In this document: one piece after another, positions 58,448 through 64,000 of the stretch
Layout: every line of letters begins with the position of its first letter
Position numbering within the stretch: the stretch's first letter is position 1
From: Eledone cirrhosa
Taxonomy: Eukaryota
Reading direction: 5' to 3'
Assembly (NCBI GenBank): GCA_964016885.1
Contig: OZ024743.1
Span: 287,866,001 to 287,930,000, forward strand
Length of the DNA stretch: 64,000 bases
Notes under the pieces: model-generated
What the model was told of the DNA's origin: nothing
Database searches by the model: none
The model's input: the letters and a program-made list of their open reading frames with translations, nothing else
Made by a program: the position numbers and the translations under genes

Positions 58448-59582
58448 GCGAGAGAGAGAGAGAGAGAGAGAGTAGGGGAGAAATGAGGTGCAAGAGAAAA
58501 GAAACATGGATTACATGTTAAAATATAGGCTAGATAGGTGTGAAACAAAACGAGGATGTAATTTATAGAACATCCAAAGTATTTAGAAGTTAACCTTAAG
58601 TAGAACTAACATTAAGAAAGACATGAACGACACCAGAACACTTTATTTTGAAAATTTTGAAAGTAGGCTTATAAAAATGAATTTTCCTAAGATTTTCGTA
58701 GTTGTTTCTGTGGCCTAGCGGTAGGTACTAGAGATGGTGGAGATCCTGGCTTTCGGTTCAATCCTGGTCAACAGGTACACGTAATCCTTTTCAGTTTTAT
58801 TTTACAACTAATAGAATAAAAAATCAAAAGGTTTACCGGGAACACTACTCACCACCAGGATCGAACTTCAGACCAAAATCACTACCGTCTATGATTCCGC
58901 CAACTAGGCCACCGAGACAGCTATAAAAGTTTAATGAAAATTGATAATTATAAACCTACTTTCAAAAATCAAAGTTAAAAAGATGTCTCGTTCATGACTT
59001 TCCTAGAGCTATTAGTAATATTTAGGGTCGACTTGTCAATCATCTGGCCCTTTGGTAAGAACCTTATTATTCCTATGGGCGTTTAACTGTTGAATTAATT
59101 TAATTTGATTATTTTAGAAAACAAATAATATATATATATAGATTCTAATATCACAGAGAGAAAGAGGGGGGGGGGAGAAATGAGGTGCAACAGAAATGAA
59201 ACATGGATTACATGTTAAAATATAGTCTAGATAGATGTGAAACAGAACGAGAATGTAGTTTATGGAACACCCAAATTATTTAGAAGTCGACCTTATGTAG
59301 GAGCAATAACATTAAGAAAGATACGAACGACACCACAATACTTTGTTTTGAAAATTTTGAAAGTTGGTGTATAAGTATGAATTTTCAGTAGATTTTCGAA
59401 TTTGTCTCTGTAGGTACTAGAAGCGGTAGGTACTAGAGACGGTGGAGATCCGTGTCTTGGGTTCAATCCTGGTAAAGAGGTACATGTAAGCTTTTTTTTT
59501 TAGTTTTTATTTTACAACCAATAGAAAAAAACAAAACTGAAACGGTTTACCGGGAACCTACACCCGACCAGTATCGAACTTC
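57582..59582 (-). mobile_element. Second, inverted copy of the CAGTGGCGG-TIR hAT-like element, with internal duplication
   Basis: 57582-57815 is the reverse complement of ~12500-12736; 58480-59030 of ~7885-8345; 59140-59582 duplicates 58345-58870. Confidence 0.65.
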
Positions 59583-61570
59583 AATCAATCTCTCTATAAC
59601 AATTAGCACCAAACTCTCCCTCTCTTCATATCTACTACATGACACTCTTTCTCCCAATCCCACTCTCTTTATCAATAAATATCAATCCCTCTCCATCTCT
59701 ATATCTACCATACAACACCCTCTCTCATTCCCTCTCAGTCTATCCATCACTACCAAATTCTCACCCTCTCTATATCTATCAATTCCTATCTCTATCAATC
59801 TTTTCACTCTATTCATTACCCCTAAATTCTCCCCCTCTCTATACCTGCGACACATAACTCTCTTCCAATACCCTCTCAATAACAATTCGCACCCAACTCT
59901 CCCCCTCTTTATATCTACTACATGACACTTTTTGTTCCAATCCCTCTCTCTATATCAATAAACATCAATGTCCCCACCCTCTATCTACCATACAACACTC
60001 TCTCTCATTCCCTCTCACTCTATCCATCACTACCAAACTTCCTCTCTCTCTATATCTATCTATCAATACGTATCTCTATCAATCCTCTCACTCTATTCAT
60101 TACCACCAAACTTTCCCTCTTTCTACACCAACCATACAAGACTCTCTCCCAGCCCCCTCTCTATATTAATTAACATCAAACTCTGCCCCTCTCTATATCT
60201 ACTACACGGAACTCTCTTTTAATCCCCTCTCTATATCAATTAGCACCAAACTCTCCCCCTTTTTATATCTACTACACGAAATTCTTTCTCCCAATCCCGC
60301 TCTCTTTATCAATAAACATTAATCCCTCCCCCTCTCTATATCTACTATACAACTCACTCTCTCTCACCCTTCTCACTCTATCCATTACTATCAAACTCTC
60401 CCCCTCTCTACATCTATCAATTTCTATCTCTATCAATATTTTCACTCTATTCATTACCACCAACCCCTCTCCCCTCACTATAAATTAACACAAATCACCC
60501 CCTCTCTATATCTACTACAAGGAACGCTTTTCCTATACCCCTCTCTATATCAATTCACACCAAACTCTCCCGCTCTCTATATCTACAGCACAGAACTCTT
60601 TTCTAATCACCCTCTCTTTATCAATTAGCACTCCCGCTCTCTATATCTACTTCAGCGTATTCTCTTCCAGTACTCCTCTCTATAACAATTAGCACCACAC
60701 TCTCCCCCTCTTTATATCTACTACACGACACATTTTCTCCCAGTCCCGCTCTCTATATCAATAAATATCAATCTCTCTCCCCTCTCTATATCTACCACAG
60801 AACACTCTCTCTCATTCCCTTTCACTCTATCCATTACTACCAAAACTCTACCCCTCTCTATATCTATCAATTCGTATCTCTTTCAATTCTCTCTCTCTAT
60901 TCATTACTACCAAACTCTCCCCCTCTTTATATCTACTACACGGAACTCTTTTCCTTCCTCCTCCCCATATCAATTAAGACCAGTCTCTCCCACTCTATAT
61001 CTACTACACGGAACTCTTCCAATCACCCTCTCTATATCAATTAACACCAAATGTTCTCTCTCTTTGTATCTACTAACTGGTACTCTCTTGCAATAGCCCT
61101 CTCTATATCAATTAACACCAAACTCTCCCCCTCTTTATATCTACTACACGACACTCTTTCTTCCAATCCCCCTCTCTATATCAATAAACATCAATCTCCC
61201 CACCCCTCGCTCTATCTACCATACAGCACTCTTTCTCATTCCCTCTCACTCTATCCATCACTACCAAACTTCTTCTCTCTCTATATATATATGTATACGT
61301 ATCTCTATCAAACCTCTCACTCTATCCATTACCACCAAACTTTCCCTCTTTCTACACCAACCATACAACACTCTCTCCCAACCCCCTCTCTATATCAATT
61401 AACACCTAACCCTACCCCTCTCTATATCTACTACACGGAACTCTCTTTTAATCCCCCTCTCTATATCAATTAGAACCAAACTTGCCTTCTCTCTATATCT
61501 ACTAGACGCAACTCTTTTACAACCCCTCTCTCTATATCATTTAACACCAAACTCACCCTCACTTTATATC
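59580..61570. repeat. Degenerate C/T-rich minisatellite array
   Basis: Repeated ctctctatatctactacacggaactct / ctctatatcaattagcaccaaactctcccc. Confidence 0.85.
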
Positions 61571-61675
61571 TTCATGTACATAAATTATAGCGCATATACA
61601 AAAAGATGTGTGTTTTCGTAGTTTGTGGAGAAAAATATAATTATTTGACATGCTCCCCCTCCAGTTCCACCAAAC

Positions 61676-61764
<89 letters not shown>

Positions 61765-61842
61765 AATTAAGTTAATTTTCATAGAAAAAGCATATAACGA
61801 TATGTGCTTTTACGATTCTCTTGAGAGGCCGGAAGATAGGTA

Positions 61843-61887
61843 AATATTGCTGATGAGATGTAACAACATCGAAACTAGTTCAATATT
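61843..61887 (+). ncRNA. Minimal type I hammerhead ribozyme, copy 1
   Basis: AATATTG CTGATGA GATG taacaa CATC GAAA C ta G TT CAATATT. Confidence 0.85.
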
Positions 61888-62308
61888 CCTTGCCTGGCTT
61901 TCTGGAGAATAGAGGAAAGGTGTTTCCTCAAAAACCAGTATGACTCTAAAAACCGGTTTGTCTGTGTGTTTACATACAGAATAGCTGGACACTCACAGTA
62001 AAGTGACCAGTGAAAAACTCGGTACATCTACATATGTATACGTGTGTGTATTCATATGCATACTAGTATTTCAGTATACATATGTGGATGTACATTTTTA
62101 ACTTAATTGTTTAAGCGTCAGTCATACAAAAGTGAGTTACAAACGAAACGAAATTTAATTTCGTTTCGTTATTTGTTTTTATCGTCTCCGTTGAACCGGT
62201 ACGTACTCACGCTCTATGCAAATTAGTCTGCCCACTACTAATTTTCATAGAAAAAGCATATAACGATATGTGCTTTTACGATTCTCTAGAGAGGCCGGAA
62301 GATAGGTA

Positions 62309-62353
62309 AATATTGCTGATGAGATGTAACAACATCGAAACTAGTTCAATATT
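62309..62353 (+). ncRNA. Minimal type I hammerhead ribozyme, copy 2
   Basis: Identical to 61843-61887. Confidence 0.85.
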
Positions 62354-62640
62354 CCTTGCCTGGCTTTCTGGAGAATAGAGGAAAGGTGTTTCCTCAAAAA
62401 CCAGTATGACTCTAAAAACCGGTTTGTCTGTGTGTTTACATACAGAATAGCTGGACACTCACAGTAAAGTGACCAGTGAAAAACTCGGTACATCTACATA
62501 TGTATACGTGTGTGTATTCATATGCATACTAGTATTTCAGTATACATATGTGGATGTACATTTTTAACTTAATTGTTTAAGCGTCAGTCATACAAAAGTG
62601 AGTTACAAACGAAACGAAATTTAATTTCGTTTCGTTATTT

Positions 62641-62710
<70 letters not shown>

Positions 62711-64000
62711 GGAAGATGGACATTGTTTGGTGTTCCCAACTTGCATGCTACACCGTTCATCCAATTTTCATGAAACCTCACACATATATAAAACTCAACG
62801 CGTAGAGTAGAATAGGCTACTTGAAATTTTCGAAAAATCGATAATCGGGCCTTATGACAGAATGTTTTTCGATTCCAATGAAATTTTATGTGAATTCGAA
62901 CACAAGAACTCTTATTTTACATCTGGCGCAATAAAAATAAATTTCATATGCCCATATAAGGACGTGCGTTATTGATTGGACGGCCAGCTGCATGTCTTCC
63001 CAGCTGTCTCAGTAAACGACCGACCATTAAAGAGTTTATCTTTTCATATTCCACCTTATTCAAGTGGAAATACACCTATCTGAAAAGGGAACCAAATTTA
63101 ATGGTGTCTTTTGTGATGCTAAAAGCTTTGAGTAAATTTTCAAACAGTCTTAAATAATCATGCTTTTTGAAAAAAAAAATGACTAAATAATACGTTGACC
63201 AAGTTGTATTGTACACATACAAAGTTGTAAAAAATGTTACTTCCGTACCAATGTTTTCCTTTTTTAAACAAAAGATTCTAAAAAAATTACTTAATTTATA
63301 ATACAGTCTTTTGCACAGGAAGTGAGTAACTTTTCGGGTGTTTAAACGTAAGTTCACCAGGGTTTGTGTCTTCATTATTAGCCCACCTCTAATGGCATTT
63401 TTGTTCTGCTTACGACTAAATGTTATGAGCGTATTTGCAATTAATTGCGCACACGTGCACACCTGCATGCAGATAGACACTGACAGCCAATAAAAAATCG
63501 ATAACTTGCTTATTAAGATATCGGTCAAAAAGAGAGATTGAATGTACTTTAGAACATTTTTTGAATATATTGTTCTTTTTGGCATGATATGTCAGAAATA
63601 TAGCTACTATACACTTTGGTTATTTTTTGTAACTAAAAAACGGTTCCTTTTGGGTGGATACTTAACGAGAAAAATCCTAGGGTTTTGGACAAGTTTGTTT
63701 CAGGCGCTGTATAGACGCCTATTTTGCCACACCTTGGTCATGAATTCGTATTCTTTTCCAATAGATATTTTCCGCTCTATAAGGCTCACCAGGATATAAG
63801 GCGTATCATTTAAAATCAGGTCCGCGCAACGGCGTGTAAGGCCAACCAGGAAAATGCTATCTTCTTTACTTTTAGTCTAGATCTATTACTTCTGTTAGAG
63901 CCGTGATTAATTTCCATTGTATTATTTATACATAAGGCTCACCGGAGTATAAAGCGCAGAGCTGTTTTTTGATTAAATTTAATTATTTTAAGTGCAATTT

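Larger units (their letters stand above)
61761..62644 (+). mobile_element. Retrozyme-like non-coding partial tandem (406-bp direct repeats, period 466) between (TA)n tracts
   Basis: 61773-62178 matches 62239-62644 with one mismatch seen; a perfect hammerhead in each copy; 13-bp inverted fragment at the 5' junction. Confidence 0.85.

Noticed and set aside
63076-63585. 169-aa ORF
   Set aside because: AT-rich, with no recognisable motif; lies among probable DNA-transposon remnants

Overview
This is AT-rich, microsatellite-saturated, apparently gene-free eukaryotic DNA. The SINE family and repeat landscape suggest an octopus/cephalopod genome (inference). I find no host protein-coding exon, and nearly all listed ORFs are translations of simple repeats. 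The real coding remnants are transposon fragments: four Penelope-like (PLE) GIY-YIG pieces, a Helitron PIF1 helicase tail, RTE and R4-like RT pieces, and an L1/Tx1-type APE endonuclease. There are also many tRNA-derived SINEs, hAT and Tc1/mariner MITEs, and minisatellites (41, 48, 50 and 18 bp units). The main hidden signal is about 30 type I hammerhead ribozyme (HHR) motifs, intact or decayed, from more than ten unrelated short sequence families. Most sit in or beside (TA)n tracts, arranged as fold-back palindromes or partial tandems. Highlights are a non-coding retrozyme-like 1.9-mer with two perfect HHRs 466 nt apart (61761-62644), a family with a conserved CAGAAGA (U4A) core, a recurrent U-U-closed stem II, and inversion junctions that repeatedly fall inside the ribozyme. 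All structures were folded by eye and none has been tested.
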